Origin: an uncultured Actinomycetes bacterium | GTDB lineage: Bacteria > Actinomycetota > Thermoleophilia > RBG-16-64-13 | Direction of reading: 5' to 3' | Length of the DNA stretch: 64,000 nucleotides | Assembly (NCBI GenBank): GCA_963841735.1 | Contig: CAWJDT010000001.1 | Location: 1,536,001 to 1,600,000, forward strand | In this document: in pieces, positions 36,910 through 47,510 of the stretch | Layout: each line of letters begins with the position of its first letter | How positions within the stretch are numbered: the first letter of the stretch is position 1 | Notes under the pieces: generated by a model | Database searches by the model: none | Seen by the model: the letters and a program-made list of their open reading frames with translations, nothing else | Told to the model about the DNA's origin: nothing | Translations under genes and position numbers: made by a program

Positions 36910-37325
36910 ATGAGGTATCCGAGACTGTCTCAGGCTTTGGGCGTTGTCTTCTGCCTTGTTGCGCTTGGGATTGCAGGCGGCTGCTCGCACGGGAGTGTTC
37001 CAGCCGACCAAGACGGCGGGGACTCGTCATCAAGCGCATCTGGTTCGGTCCCACCCCGTATGCCCGATCCGATCACTACTCGTTGGCCGCTCGGGCTCGA
37101 GAACGTGGTGGCCGCCCAGGGAGACCAGCTGTGTGTCGTTGACGCCCAAGGGCTCGTATTCCGCGAACGGAACCCCCCGCTCACAGTCATGGCGCGGGAC
37201 GAACAATCGGCTACGTTCAGCTATGCTCTGAGCAACAACGGAAAGTACATCGCCTACCTTGCCACACGCGGGGAACTGCTTGTGCGGGCAACAGCTACTG
37301 GGCGACAGACTGGGTCGGTGCCGAT
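36910..37325 (+). pseudogene. TolB-like propeller lipoprotein truncated by dnaE2 fragment 5
   Basis: Lipobox AGGC and LSNNGKYIAY; the frame runs into dnaE2 sequence at ~37326. Confidence 0.7.
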
Positions 37326-39132
37326 TAGGCGTCCTCTAGGGTGAGGAACATCGTCCTTTTCCCCGAGCGCATCCAGGGGTTCTGGGCCCGCTCGTAGACG
37401 CCGGCCACCGTCACCGGCACCTCGTCTCCCAGAGCTCGTGTCGGAATGACGCTTCGCCGCTAGGACGCGATCGGCGCGGGTGAGGCAAGGACGCAGGGAG
37501 CGTTCGTAGCGGAGCTACGGGCGCGACTGAGGACGATGGATCACACCGCCCAGTGCGAGCTCGGCGGCCAAGGCTTCGTTTCGACACGAGCTCAAAGCCG
37601 GGGAGCTCGTAGCTCATGCGCACGCCCATGCGGCGGAGTTCCTCCTCATATAGAGAGAGGGGATGGCAGCTCACCGTGAGTCCCAGGAGTTCGAGTTCGG
37701 AGCGGACCTTGTCCTCGAGGCTCCACCGGCGCTCTAGGCCCGCGCGGCTGGGCGGGGAAAAGAATGCCCGCAGTTGGCCGCGCCTCCCTCCGGACGACCC
37801 GGCCAGCGCCTCGAGGCGATCATGAAGAAGTGGCAGTCTCCAGAGCAGTTCGGTGCGGTCGGGCTCCAGCGAGTCGAAGGCCCCCACCCGGATGAGGTTC
37901 TCGGCCACCGGGCAGTCGATGCGGGTGCGCAGGTAGAAGTCCTCGAAGGATGTGAAGGGGCCGTGGCGGCGCTCCTGTTCGATGCGGTCGAGGGAGCGGT
38001 CGCCCATCTGCTTGAGGTACTTGAACCCCACCCGCAGGGCCCGGCCGGCGTCGGGGGCGATGCCGGCGCTGGGGGCGAGGCAGGCGCCCGGCTCCACGCC
38101 GCCGCGGGCGCGGGGCGCGCGGGGGAGGGTGAGGTCGCCGGGGTCGGGGGCGGCGCCCCGTGGGCGCGCCGCCTCGGCCGGCGGTAGCTCACCACCCGGT
38201 GTCAGACTGACGGCCGGTGGGGCGGCGCTCCCGGTCGAAACAGCGCCAGATTTCGCATCATCCCCACGGTGATCGTCGGCGGAAAGCTGCTGCTCCAGCG
38301 CCACCCGCAGGGCCTCGGCATAGGCCGACTCGCCCTCCTGCTCGGCGGCCAGCTCGGCCAGGTCGGCCTCGGTGAGGCCCCAGTGGTGCTCGGCGGTCCA
38401 GGCCTGGGCGAAGGGGTCGTAGGGGGCTTGCGCCCCGGGGGTGTGCGGCGCCGCTCCGGAGGTGTCCCAAACGGTCGGGGGTTCGGTGTCTTCCACGGTA
38501 AAGCCGCGCCCCGAAAGGTTGATGTCAAGGGGTCTAACCTCCAGCCCGAAGCGCCGGGCATCGTTCAGCACCGTTCTTGGGGTGTAGAAGCCCATGGGGT
38601 AGTTGTTCAGCACCGAGCACAGGAACTCGGCCGGGTAGTAGGCCTTGAGGTAGGCGGTGGCGTAGGCGATGACGGCGAAGCACACCGAGTGGCTCTTGTT
38701 GAACCCGTAGGCGGCGAAGCCCTCCAGCTGGCGGAAGACCTCGCGGGCGGCGTCGGGGGGCACTCCCTGGGCGATGGCGCCGGCGATGAAGGTCTCGCCG
38801 ATCTTGGCCATCTCCTCCCGGCTGCGGTCGCGGGTCATGGCGCGGCGGAGGGAGTCGGCGTCGGCCAGGTCGAACCCGGCCACCGACTGGGCTATGCGCA
38901 GCACCTGCTCCTGGTAGAGGATCACCCCGTAGGTATCGGCCACGGCCTCGGCCATGGCGGGGTGGGGGAGGACGACAGGCTCCAGGCCCCAGCGGCGGTC
39001 GATGAAGGGGCCGATCATCTCGGCCTCCAGCGGTCCGGGGCGGTAGAGGGCGATGGCGGCGATGACGTCGTCGAAGTCCCGCTCCTGCAGACGGCTGGCG
39101 AGGTTGCGCTGGCCGGCCGACTCCAGTTGGAA
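37326..39132 (-). pseudogene. dnaE2 fragment 5 (1.8 kb), with the palindromic insertion
   Basis: Matches ~42595-44276 (FQLESAGQ..YGVILYQEQ..FNKSHS..FLTLED); linker allele differs from the full gene. Confidence 0.96.
37432..37593. mobile_element. 162-bp palindromic element
   Basis: Same terminal inverted repeats and insertion site as 29844-30004. Confidence 0.88.
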
Positions 39133-39539
39133 GTCTGGTGCATCACGCTACTTTCTTGCGACGTGGCTGCACTGTGTTTGCCGGCGGAGTCCTGTGCTCG
39201 CCGAGGTCCACTCTTCTGGCAATCGGACGCATGGCGCGAGAAGGATCCTCGCAAATTGCGGGTTTCGTGCAGGAGGAGCTGTCGAGAATGGCACCATTCG
39301 GTAGGAGCCGGACATTTGTATGAGTAGGAGCGATGAGGTGCAAGGGGCCTCACCATGCACGCCGCAAACACTGATGGAGGGGCCTATCGAGTCTTCGGTC
39401 TGAACTCATCGGGGGGCCAGAGATGAGAGGCCCACCTTGACAACACAACAACGAAGCCTTGATGCGGGTTGTGCAATGACGGTAGCGGTTTTGAACGCAC
39501 TTTGTGTTTGACCCCATGCCAACAAACGGAGGAGGGACG

Positions 39540-40943
39540 ATGAACACTAGGCGACTCGCGGTCACAGCACTCGTAGTCGCAATGTCATTGCTGGTGCTCT
39601 TCAGCTCGATAGCCCTGGCGGCAGATGACGCATATCCGGCTGGCTATGAAGTGAGACTGCCAGCCATAACCGACAGCGCGCTTGACTATTCGGCGGTCAC
39701 GACGGTCATAGCGGGCTACTTCACGACCTACTACCGAAGCATAGAGCAATTGGCCGTAGCGCCGGAACTCGCCGACTACATCATCGATAACGACGAGACC
39801 CACTTGTACACTTGCGCCTTGCAGTATTCGATTGACTGGCGCAAGGCGTCCGGCCCTGACCTCGCCGGCATAGTGGATACCAAGGTGGAACGTGTCGACA
39901 TCAAGTACGCAAAGCAGAGCAGCGATCGGCCGCTTGAGGTAGTGGCAGCTGTGGGGGTCGGCTTTCGTTATCTTGCCGATCCTTCGCAAACAAGGGCCAG
40001 GGCAGAGCTTCTGTGGGAAATTGGGATAGATACGATAGACGGCGACCTTAGGATAGCGAGCCTCAACTCGGAAGCCAGCGACTATCGCTGGCGGAAGGCA
40101 GAAGTTGAAGAGAAGCTCAGGAGCGTCGATAACGCGGCGTATACGAAGACCGATGCAATCGACGAGCTGTATGCAGAGCTTCACTCTCAGATCAGTTCAC
40201 ACGTTGTCGGGCCCACAGAGGTACCGACCCCTGGTGAGGATACATCTGCAGAAGAAGAGGACAAGGCGGCTGCCGTAGCCGCGAGCCCGTCCATCATGAT
40301 GTATTCGCGGCCTTACGACGGGTATAAGGCAGCCTATTATGGCAGATGCAAAGGAGACAGCGCAGGAACGGGGATATTCCGCAACATGCACGACTGTGGT
40401 GGCTACGACTGTACCAACTTTGTGTCTCAGTGCATCTGGGCTGGCTACGGTGGAACCCAGAACTATGACATTACCACTCAGCAAGGGATGGCTGCGTGTG
40501 CCCAGTTGGCCCGACAGGACTACAGACAGATCCGATACAACCAGGCCGACCCCTGGTACGGGCGTAGCGTACTCAGTCCCCCCACGTATCCAGCACAGGA
40601 CTGGATATCAGTAGACTACCTATATGGCCATATACAAACGGACTCCATGGGACCCCGAGGCACGCACCACAACAATCACAATCTCTATAACAGCTCCATA
40701 GGCCAGAGTCTGGCGGTGTACGTGGGTCATGTTATTCAAATTGACCATGCGGCTTATGCCGCCCCGTATTATCACTCGATGATGGTGGTTTCTAGCTGGG
40801 GCACCCTGTCGAATCCCTATGCCATCTATGTGGCACAGCACGATGGCAACTATTCCTTTCGTCAGTTTTATGACGCTATGTACGAAAACAACTGTTGGTA
40901 CGCACGAACTATCAGGTTTACAAGCGGTTCGTTCAACGAGTAG
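39540..40943 (+). CDS. Secreted protein with C-terminal Amidase_6 (NlpC/P60-like) domain
   Basis: GGAGG RBS, signal peptide, DCTNFVSQCIWAG, YHSMMV, VAQH. Confidence 0.85.
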   Translation: MNTRRLAVTALVVAMSLLVLFSSIALAADDAYPAGYEVRLPAITDSALDYSAVTTVIAGYFTTYYRSIEQLAVAPELADYIIDNDETHLYTCALQYSIDWRKASGPDLAGIVDTKVERVDIKYAKQSSDRPLEVVAAVGVGFRYLADPSQTRARAELLWEIGIDTIDGDLRIASLNSEASDYRWRKAEVEEKLRSVDNAAYTKTDAIDELYAELHSQISSHVVGPTEVPTPGEDTSAEEEDKAAAVAASPSIMMYSRPYDGYKAAYYGRCKGDSAGTGIFRNMHDCGGYDCTNFVSQCIWAGYGGTQNYDITTQQGMAACAQLARQDYRQIRYNQADPWYGRSVLSPPTYPAQDWISVDYLYGHIQTDSMGPRGTHHNNHNLYNSSIGQSLAVYVGHVIQIDHAAYAAPYYHSMMVVSSWGTLSNPYAIYVAQHDGNYSFRQFYDAMYENNCWYARTIRFTSGSFNE

Positions 40944-41008
40944 TTCGGACAGCCGACGCGGGGGCGCATGTTGCTACATGCGCTCCCGCATCATCATGCG
41001 AGGTGGTA

Positions 41009-42082
41009 ATGAAGAGGGTTAGCGCAGTTGTCCTGAGCATCGGCGTTTTGTGCGCGTATCTGGTCGGCTGTACAGGAGCGGAAGGGGCAGTGACCAGCAG
41101 TGGCTTCTCGGCTACCGCAGAGACGGCGATAGGACCTGAGACGGGCACTGAGACCGGGGTGGCGAGCTTTGTCTGGCGACCAGACGCGAAGCAGGGATAC
41201 GGTTCAGACGTTGCCAATAGACGGGCCTACGGAAACCTCGATGGCGGCGACGGGATGCTCTACTTTCGGGCCTACAATGGCCGTGAGTCTCCGCTTTGCT
41301 CGCTGTTCTCACTTGATGAGGCAACTGGCGAGACCAAGGAGTTGGCAGACGATTGCTACGGCATGGTGAATCTTGCCGGGGACTGCGTCTTCTACATAGG
41401 TGAGGTGAGTGAAGGGGTCTTTTGCTACAACACACAGACTCGGCAGGTGACCCAGGTGTATGAGGGGCCGGTGCTCAATCTGCTGGCCACAAGAGACTAT
41501 GTATATATCATCAGCCAGGCACTTGAGCTGCTAGAGCTGGAACGGGGGAGCGGGGCAATACGAGAGGTGATGAAAGGCGTCTGGTACCAGTATCTAGAGG
41601 CGATCCAGGGCGCTGTGTATTTTGCCCAGATGATGCCTGACGAGATGCACTGCAGATTGTACAGAATACCTCCCGGGGCTCCAGGTGGTGCGGATCCCGT
41701 CTATGACGGGGTCGCGTGCCCACTGAAGGTGATGGGGACGCGCGTCCTGTGCGGGGGTAGTGAGAGCGCCGAGTTGCTCGACATGGACAGCGGGCAGAAG
41801 GTGAGTCTGTATCGGTGGGATAGCGGGGCGGGTTTGCCGGCTGCCAATGGGAATGGCGTGTTCCACGTCACGATCGACGATCAGGGATATGCAGAGCTGT
41901 CCGTGTTCGACTTAGAGCGCGAGACAACGTCCACGCTGATGCCGGTACATGGTGGGGCGGTCTACTTCGTTGATGGAGAGATGTACCTCGTGAGCCCGGC
42001 GAACCTTGACATAGAGCGGGTCATTCTTGATCCGAGCGATCCGCGTACTGAGTGGGTCGTGCGGGGTGACAGTCCGAGATAG
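41009..42082 (+). CDS. DUF5050-like beta-propeller lipoprotein
   Basis: GAGGTG RBS, lipobox LVGC, repeated DG.LYF / GD.VFY / DYVY / GAVYF strands. Confidence 0.75.
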   Translation: MKRVSAVVLSIGVLCAYLVGCTGAEGAVTSSGFSATAETAIGPETGTETGVASFVWRPDAKQGYGSDVANRRAYGNLDGGDGMLYFRAYNGRESPLCSLFSLDEATGETKELADDCYGMVNLAGDCVFYIGEVSEGVFCYNTQTRQVTQVYEGPVLNLLATRDYVYIISQALELLELERGSGAIREVMKGVWYQYLEAIQGAVYFAQMMPDEMHCRLYRIPPGAPGGADPVYDGVACPLKVMGTRVLCGGSESAELLDMDSGQKVSLYRWDSGAGLPAANGNGVFHVTIDDQGYAELSVFDLERETTSTLMPVHGGAVYFVDGEMYLVSPANLDIERVILDPSDPRTEWVVRGDSPR

Positions 42083-42136
42083 GAGGGAGGGCCGCAAGAC
42101 CTTGAGAGGGCGCGGGGCACCGATGGACGGGGAGGG

Positions 42137-42347
42137 AACGAGACCTGGATAGGTGGAGGGAAGGGAATCAAACCATCCGCGGTTCCGGCGCTCGGCTCGG
42201 GAGAACTGGCCCCTGGGGATGTCGTCCACGGTGCGATCGCGCTCCAGTTCACCGAGGAGGCGGCGGTGACCGGGAAGCTCACGTTCTACGACCTACCCTC
42301 CCTCACCGTGAGCATCGAGTAGAACTAGTCGGGGGCCGCTTCTGCGG
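42137..42347 (+). pseudogene. 3' fragment of the DUF4352-like gene plus its spacer to dnaE2
   Basis: Aligns with 26877-27087; a TGG>TAG change near the end. Confidence 0.92.
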
Positions 42348-45300
42348 TCACCCCACCTTCTTCGGTATGGCATTAGTCCTGGCTCCTGGCGCAACCACCT
42401 CCGGCGCTGGTTGCCCTCCAGTCTTCCTCCTCCCCATTACCTCCTCCAGATCCAGCACCTCCTCGGCCACGATAGCCAACCCCCGCTTATGGTTGTTCTG
42501 CAGCCTCCCTCTCACCAGGAAGTAGCTGGCCTGGGCCACCACCGGGGCGATCTTGGCGAGCTTGCTCTCGAAGCACACGCACTCGTAGAGGCCGTAGGCG
42601 TCCTCTAGGGTGAGGAACATCGTCCTTTTTCCCGAACGCATCCAGGGGTTCTGGGCCCGTTCGTAGACGCCGGCCACCGTCACCGGCACCTCGTCGCCCA
42701 TACTGGGGAGCTCGTAGCTCATGCGCACGCCCATGCGGCGGAGTTCCTCCTCATATAGAGAGAGGGGATGGCAGCTCACCGTGAGTCCCAGGAGTTCGAG
42801 TTCGGAGCGGACCTTGTCCTCGAGGCTCCACCGGCGCTCTAGGCCCGCGCGGCTGGGCGGGGAAAAGAATGCCCGCAGTTGGCCGCGCCTCCCTCCGGAC
42901 GACCCGGCCAGCGCCTCGAGGCGATCATGAAGAAGTGGCAGTCTCCAGAGCAGTTCGGTGCGGTCGGGCTCTAGCGAGTCGAAGGCCCCCACCCGGATGA
43001 GGTTCTCGGCCACCGGGCAGTCGATGCGGGTGCGCAGGTAGAAGTCCTCGAAGGATGTGAAGGGGCCGTGGCGGCGCTCCTGTTCGATGCGGTCGAGGGA
43101 GCGGTCGCCCATCTGCTTGAGGTACTTGAATCCTACCCGCAGGGCGCGGCCGGCGTCGGGGGCGATGCCGGTGCTGGGGGCGAGGCAGGCGCCCGGCTCC
43201 ACGCCGCCGCGGGCGCGGGGCGCACGGGGGAGGGTGAGGTCGCCGGGGAGCGGCGGCGCTTCGCGCCGCGCTCCGGCCGGCGGTGGCTCACCACCCGGGG
43301 TCAGACTGGCTGTCGGCGGTGCGGCGCTGCCGGTCAAAACAGCGCCAGATTTCGCATCATCCCCACGGTGGTCGTCGCCGGAAAGCTTCTGCTCCAGCGC
43401 CACCCTCAGGGCCTCGGCATAGGCCGACTCGCCCTCCTGCTCGGCGCTCAGCTCGGCCAGATCGGCCTCGGTGAGCCCCCAGTGGTGCTCGGCGGTCCAG
43501 GCCTGGGCGAAGGGGTCGTAGGGGGTTTGCGCCCCGGGGGTGTGCGGCACCGCACTGTCGGTGTTCGGCGCCGCCTCACCGTCGGTCTGCGGCAGCGCCT
43601 CACCCGCGGCCCAAGGGTCCGGCGGCACCTCGTCCTCCACGGTAAAGCCGCGCCCCGACAGGTTGATATCCAGCGGCCGCACCTCCAGCCCAAACCGCCG
43701 CGCGTCGTTCAGCACCGTCCTTGGCGTGTAGAAGCCCATGGGGTAGTTGTTGAGCACCGAGCACAGGAACTCGGCCGGGTAGTAGGCCTTGAGGTAGGCG
43801 GTGGCGTAGGCGATGACGGCGAAGCACACCGAGTGGCTCTTGTTGAACCCGTAGGCGGCGAAGCCCTCCAGCTGGCGGAAGACCTCGCGGGCGGCGTCGG
43901 GGGGCACGCCCTGGGCGATGGCGCCGGCGATGAAGGTCTCGCCGATCTTGGCCATCTCCTCCCGGCTGCGGTCGCGGGTCATGGCGCGGCGGAGGGAGTC
44001 GGCGTCGGCCAGGTCGAACCCGGCCACCGACTGGGCTATGCGGAGCACCTGCTCCTGGTAGAGGATCACCCCGTAGGTATCGGCCACGGCCTCGGCCATG
44101 GCGGGGTGGGGGAGGACGACCGGCTCCAGGCCCCAGCGGCGGTCGATGAAGGGGCCGATCATCTCGGCCTCCAGCGGTCCGGGGCGGTAGAGGGCGATGG
44201 CGGCGATGACGTCGTCGAAGTCCCGTTCCTGCAGACGGCTGGCGAGGTTGCGCTGGCCGGCCGACTCCAGTTGGAACAGCCCGATGGAGCCTCCGTTGCT
44301 GACGATCTCGTAGGCGGCGGGATCGTCGGGCGGTAGCTCGTAGGGCCGGATGCGCCGGCCGGTGCGCTGCCTTATCAGGTGCACGCACTCCGAGACGGCC
44401 GAGTGGGTGCGGAGGCCCAGGATGTCCATCTTGACCAGGCCCAGGGCGGCGACGTCGTCCTTGTTGAACTGGAGAACGACGACCCCTTTCGCGGCCCACT
44501 GGAGCGGGGCGTAGTAGGTGATGGGCTTGTCGGCGATGACGAAGCCCCCCAGGTGCGTGCCCAGGTGCATGGGGAAGGAGTCGAGGCGTTCGACCAGGTC
44601 GAGGACGCCGGGGGTCCGGGACTGCCGGGGGCGCCGTCACCGGCGGGCGCGCCCCGTCTTGTAGCGGCGAGTCCTTCAGCTCCGGCCAGGCTCCGGCCAG
44701 ATACTCCCTCATCCGCGCCGCGTCCCCGTGGTGGGGCACGTGCTTGGCCAGGGCGTTGATCTCGGTGGGCGCGAACCCCAGGGCCTCGGCCACGATGCGC
44801 ACCGCCGAGCGGGGGCTCATGGTGTTGACGTTGGCCACCACAGCCACGTTTTGGTCTCCGAAAGTCTTGTAGATGTGCTCTATCACCTCGTCCCGGCGCG
44901 ACGAACAGAAGTCCACGTCGATGTCGGGCATCTCGCGGCGGTTGGGATTGAGAAACCGCTCGAACAGCAGATTGTGGCGGATAGGCTCCGACGCCGTTAT
45001 GTCCAGCGCGTGGCAGACGATGGAGTTGCCGGCCGACCCGCGGCCGCTGCACGCCACCCCTTTGGCGCGTGCCCACCTGACGATGTCGTGCACCACCAAG
45101 AAATAATGGGCGAATCCCATCTGCTGGATCATGCGGAGCTCCTTCTCCAGAAGCTCCACCGCCCGCGGGGGCACGGGCTTGTAGCGCCGGGCGATGCCCC
45201 GGAAGCAGCGCTTGGCCAGGAGCGAGTAGGCCGTCTCGCCGGCGGGCAACGCCGACCTGGGGGAAGTGGAAGGTGCCGAGGTCGAGGTCTACGTTGCAGC

Positions 45301-46842
45301 GCTGGGCGATGGCCCACGTGGCGGCGAGCGGCGACGTCGCCGGGGCGCCGGCCTCCGTCCCGACCGGCGCTGCCGGCACCGTCCCAGCCCGTCTCACGCT
45401 CCACCTTGTATGCAACATACGTTGCATTGCAATACTCATGCATCAGACCGTAGTCTGCTGGTGCCCAATCGCCCCACCAGTCCGGGGGCTCTTCCTCGGC
45501 GCCGATCAGCCCCAGCAGCGGGCTCGGCAAGAGTCTCTAGCTCAGCCTTAGACTGAAGGTAGCGGACGCCGGGCACTGGTTCCGGATAGCCCGACAGTGG
45601 CTTATCGCGGCCGGCGGCGCGGCAGACCAGGTGAAGCGCGCGATCATTCTCACCTGCGTAATGGGCATTGGTGGTAAGCACGGTGCCGACGCCGCAGGCG
45701 TCCGGCCAGGCGGGCCAGGCGCTCGCAGTAGGTGAGGCAGGAGAGGCGCCAGGGTCGGCCGTCGCGGTGGAAGCCGACGTCGAAGTCGGCGGGATTGAGC
45801 CGTCTGTGGGGCGCCGCGGGGCAGGTCGGGACGGGCGGCGCTGCGGGGCGGCGACCAGACGGCGTAGCGCGCGTCTGTGCGGGCGCCTCGGCCACAGCCG
45901 TGCGCCAAGATGCAACCAAAGTTGCAGAAGAAGCAAGTACGCAACGGGGCAGAATGGGGGGCGATGACTGTGGAGTAAGGCGGTGACTGTGGGGAAGGGG
46001 GCCGGGCAGCGCTGGGGCCCAGGGGGCGCAGGCCTTAGGGCTGCGGCCGGCTGCGTGGTGGGGCGATGCCGGAGACGGTTGCCGTCGGCGCGGATCTTCT
46101 CGTAGACAGGGGAGCCGTGCTGGCCGGCGTGGGCCTCCTGGTGAGGTTCGTAGCCGAAGTACTGCAGCTCTACATAGAGGTGGTCGCGATGCGAAGAGCG
46201 TCGCAGAGGCGGAGGAGGGCGGCGCGGGCCTCCTCGTCGCGGCCGGCGTCGACGAGGGAGCCGATCTCTCCGTGCCTGCAGCCGGTGAGGCAGATGAGGC
46301 CCTCGGCGTGAGCGGCGAGTGACTCGACGGTGACGGTGGGGGGCCGCTCCCGCTCGGGATCGGCCAGGTGGGCGGCGGAGAGCAGGCGGCATAGGTTGGC
46401 ATAGCCCTCGCGGGTCTCGGCGAGTAGCACCAGGTGGTGCGGGTCGGCCGGGGCGCCGCGGCGCGCCGGCGGCTGCGGCCGCGTTGCGCGGCGTCTGCGC
46501 CGGCCGTCGCGGCTCGGCGGTCGCCGGCACCGCGCCGCCACCGCCGGGCAGCAGCGACTCCACCCGCACCTCGGCTCCGAAGATGGGCTTGATGCCGTGC
46601 TTGGCGCAGGCCTTGGCGAAGCGCACGGCGCCGTAGAGGCCGTCGTGGTCGGTGAGAGCCAGGGCCGGCTGCCCCAGCTCGGCCGCCCGGGCGACCAACT
46701 CCTCGATCCGGCTGCCACCGTCGAGGAACGAGAAGTTCGAGTGCACGTGCAGGTGGACGAACGGGGTGGAGTCGGTCGGCGCCTGGGCCTCGGCGTCGGC
46801 TGAGGCGAAGGAGTCGCCCGGTGGAGATTGGCTATTTATCAT
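42348..46842 (-). CDS. dnaE2: Error-prone DNA polymerase III alpha (DnaE2-like); several frameshifts in the 5' half (sequencing errors or pseudogene)
   Basis: PHP FVHLHVHSNFSFLDG, ALTDHDGLYG, TTNAHY; GRGSAGNS, FERFL..PDIDVDF, KMDILGL, OB-fold RSGK..FLTLED; SOS boxes upstream; pieces lie in several reading frames. Confidence 0.88.
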
Positions 46843-46863
46843 TACAAGGGCCGGCCCGTGTTG

Positions 46864-46909
46864 TGAACATATGTTCGTAGGAAACAGCAGTATAGCGAAC
46901 AAATGTTCG
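46864..46909. promoter_or_regulatory. Two Gram-positive-type LexA (SOS) boxes
   Basis: GAAC-ATAT-GTTC (46865-46876) and GAAC-AAAT-GTTC (46897-46908) directly upstream of dnaE2. Confidence 0.9.
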
Positions 46910-47276
46910 TGAGCCCAAGCCGCAGTGGTTCTACCTTGGCTGGTTACCTCACCCGTCAGACGGACATGGAACCCCCCGATTGATCGCTACGCTCAGTGTC
47001 GATTCCGTTGGGCGGCCCTACGTACCAACAGACAATACTTCCCGGGGGTCCAGCCGTGTCCTCCGCTTGCTCAGGGGTCAGTGCTTTGGTAGGGTGACTA
47101 TCAGACAGTAGTTTGGCAGTGCTAAAGCGCCGGGCATTTGGCAGCCCGGCGAGGATCGCAAGTCCGAGAGCCGGAGGGGTGGATGATCCAAGCGCCGTTC
47201 AATGCGTCCTGGAGCACCTCATATCGTCATGTCCTGCCGCCCATGTTTGACCTTCGCCGATCTCGGTCATCAAACG

Positions 47277-47352
47277 TCTAGGTCATCATCCATCTAGGTC
47301 ATCATCCATCTAGGTCATCATCCATCTAGGTCATCATCCGTCTAGGTCATCA
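47277..47352 (+). repeat. 16-bp tandem repeat, 4.75 copies
   Basis: TCTAGGTCATCATCC(A/G) head-to-tail, no spacers. Confidence 0.95.
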
Positions 47353-47510
47353 GTCCGGAACCGCCGGCCTGGTTTCAACGGAAAGGAGCGTGTGGCAAGA
47401 AGAGAAGAATCCGAGCCCTGCTACGAAGTCGTCTCATTGCTGCGAATCTTCAGACAGTCGGTTGGTCAGGTGCAGTTGGGAGGAAATCTCCCGAATTCTT
47501 ATTTGAGGGG

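Noticed and set aside
27088-39132. dnaE2 copies as attL/attR of tandem site-specific islands, or as DGR template/variable repeats
   Set aside because: Breakpoints and lengths vary from 24 bp to 1.8 kb, no recombinase or reverse transcriptase is present, and the differences do not look adenine-specific.
44570-46600. Programmed frameshifting or a split polymerase
   Set aside because: Several shifts lie in very GC-rich tracts, and similar single-base indels occur in istA and the DUF4160 gene, so sequencing error or decay is more likely.
47277-47352. Possible CRISPR array
   Set aside because: 16-bp units are head-to-tail with no spacers, and there are no cas genes.
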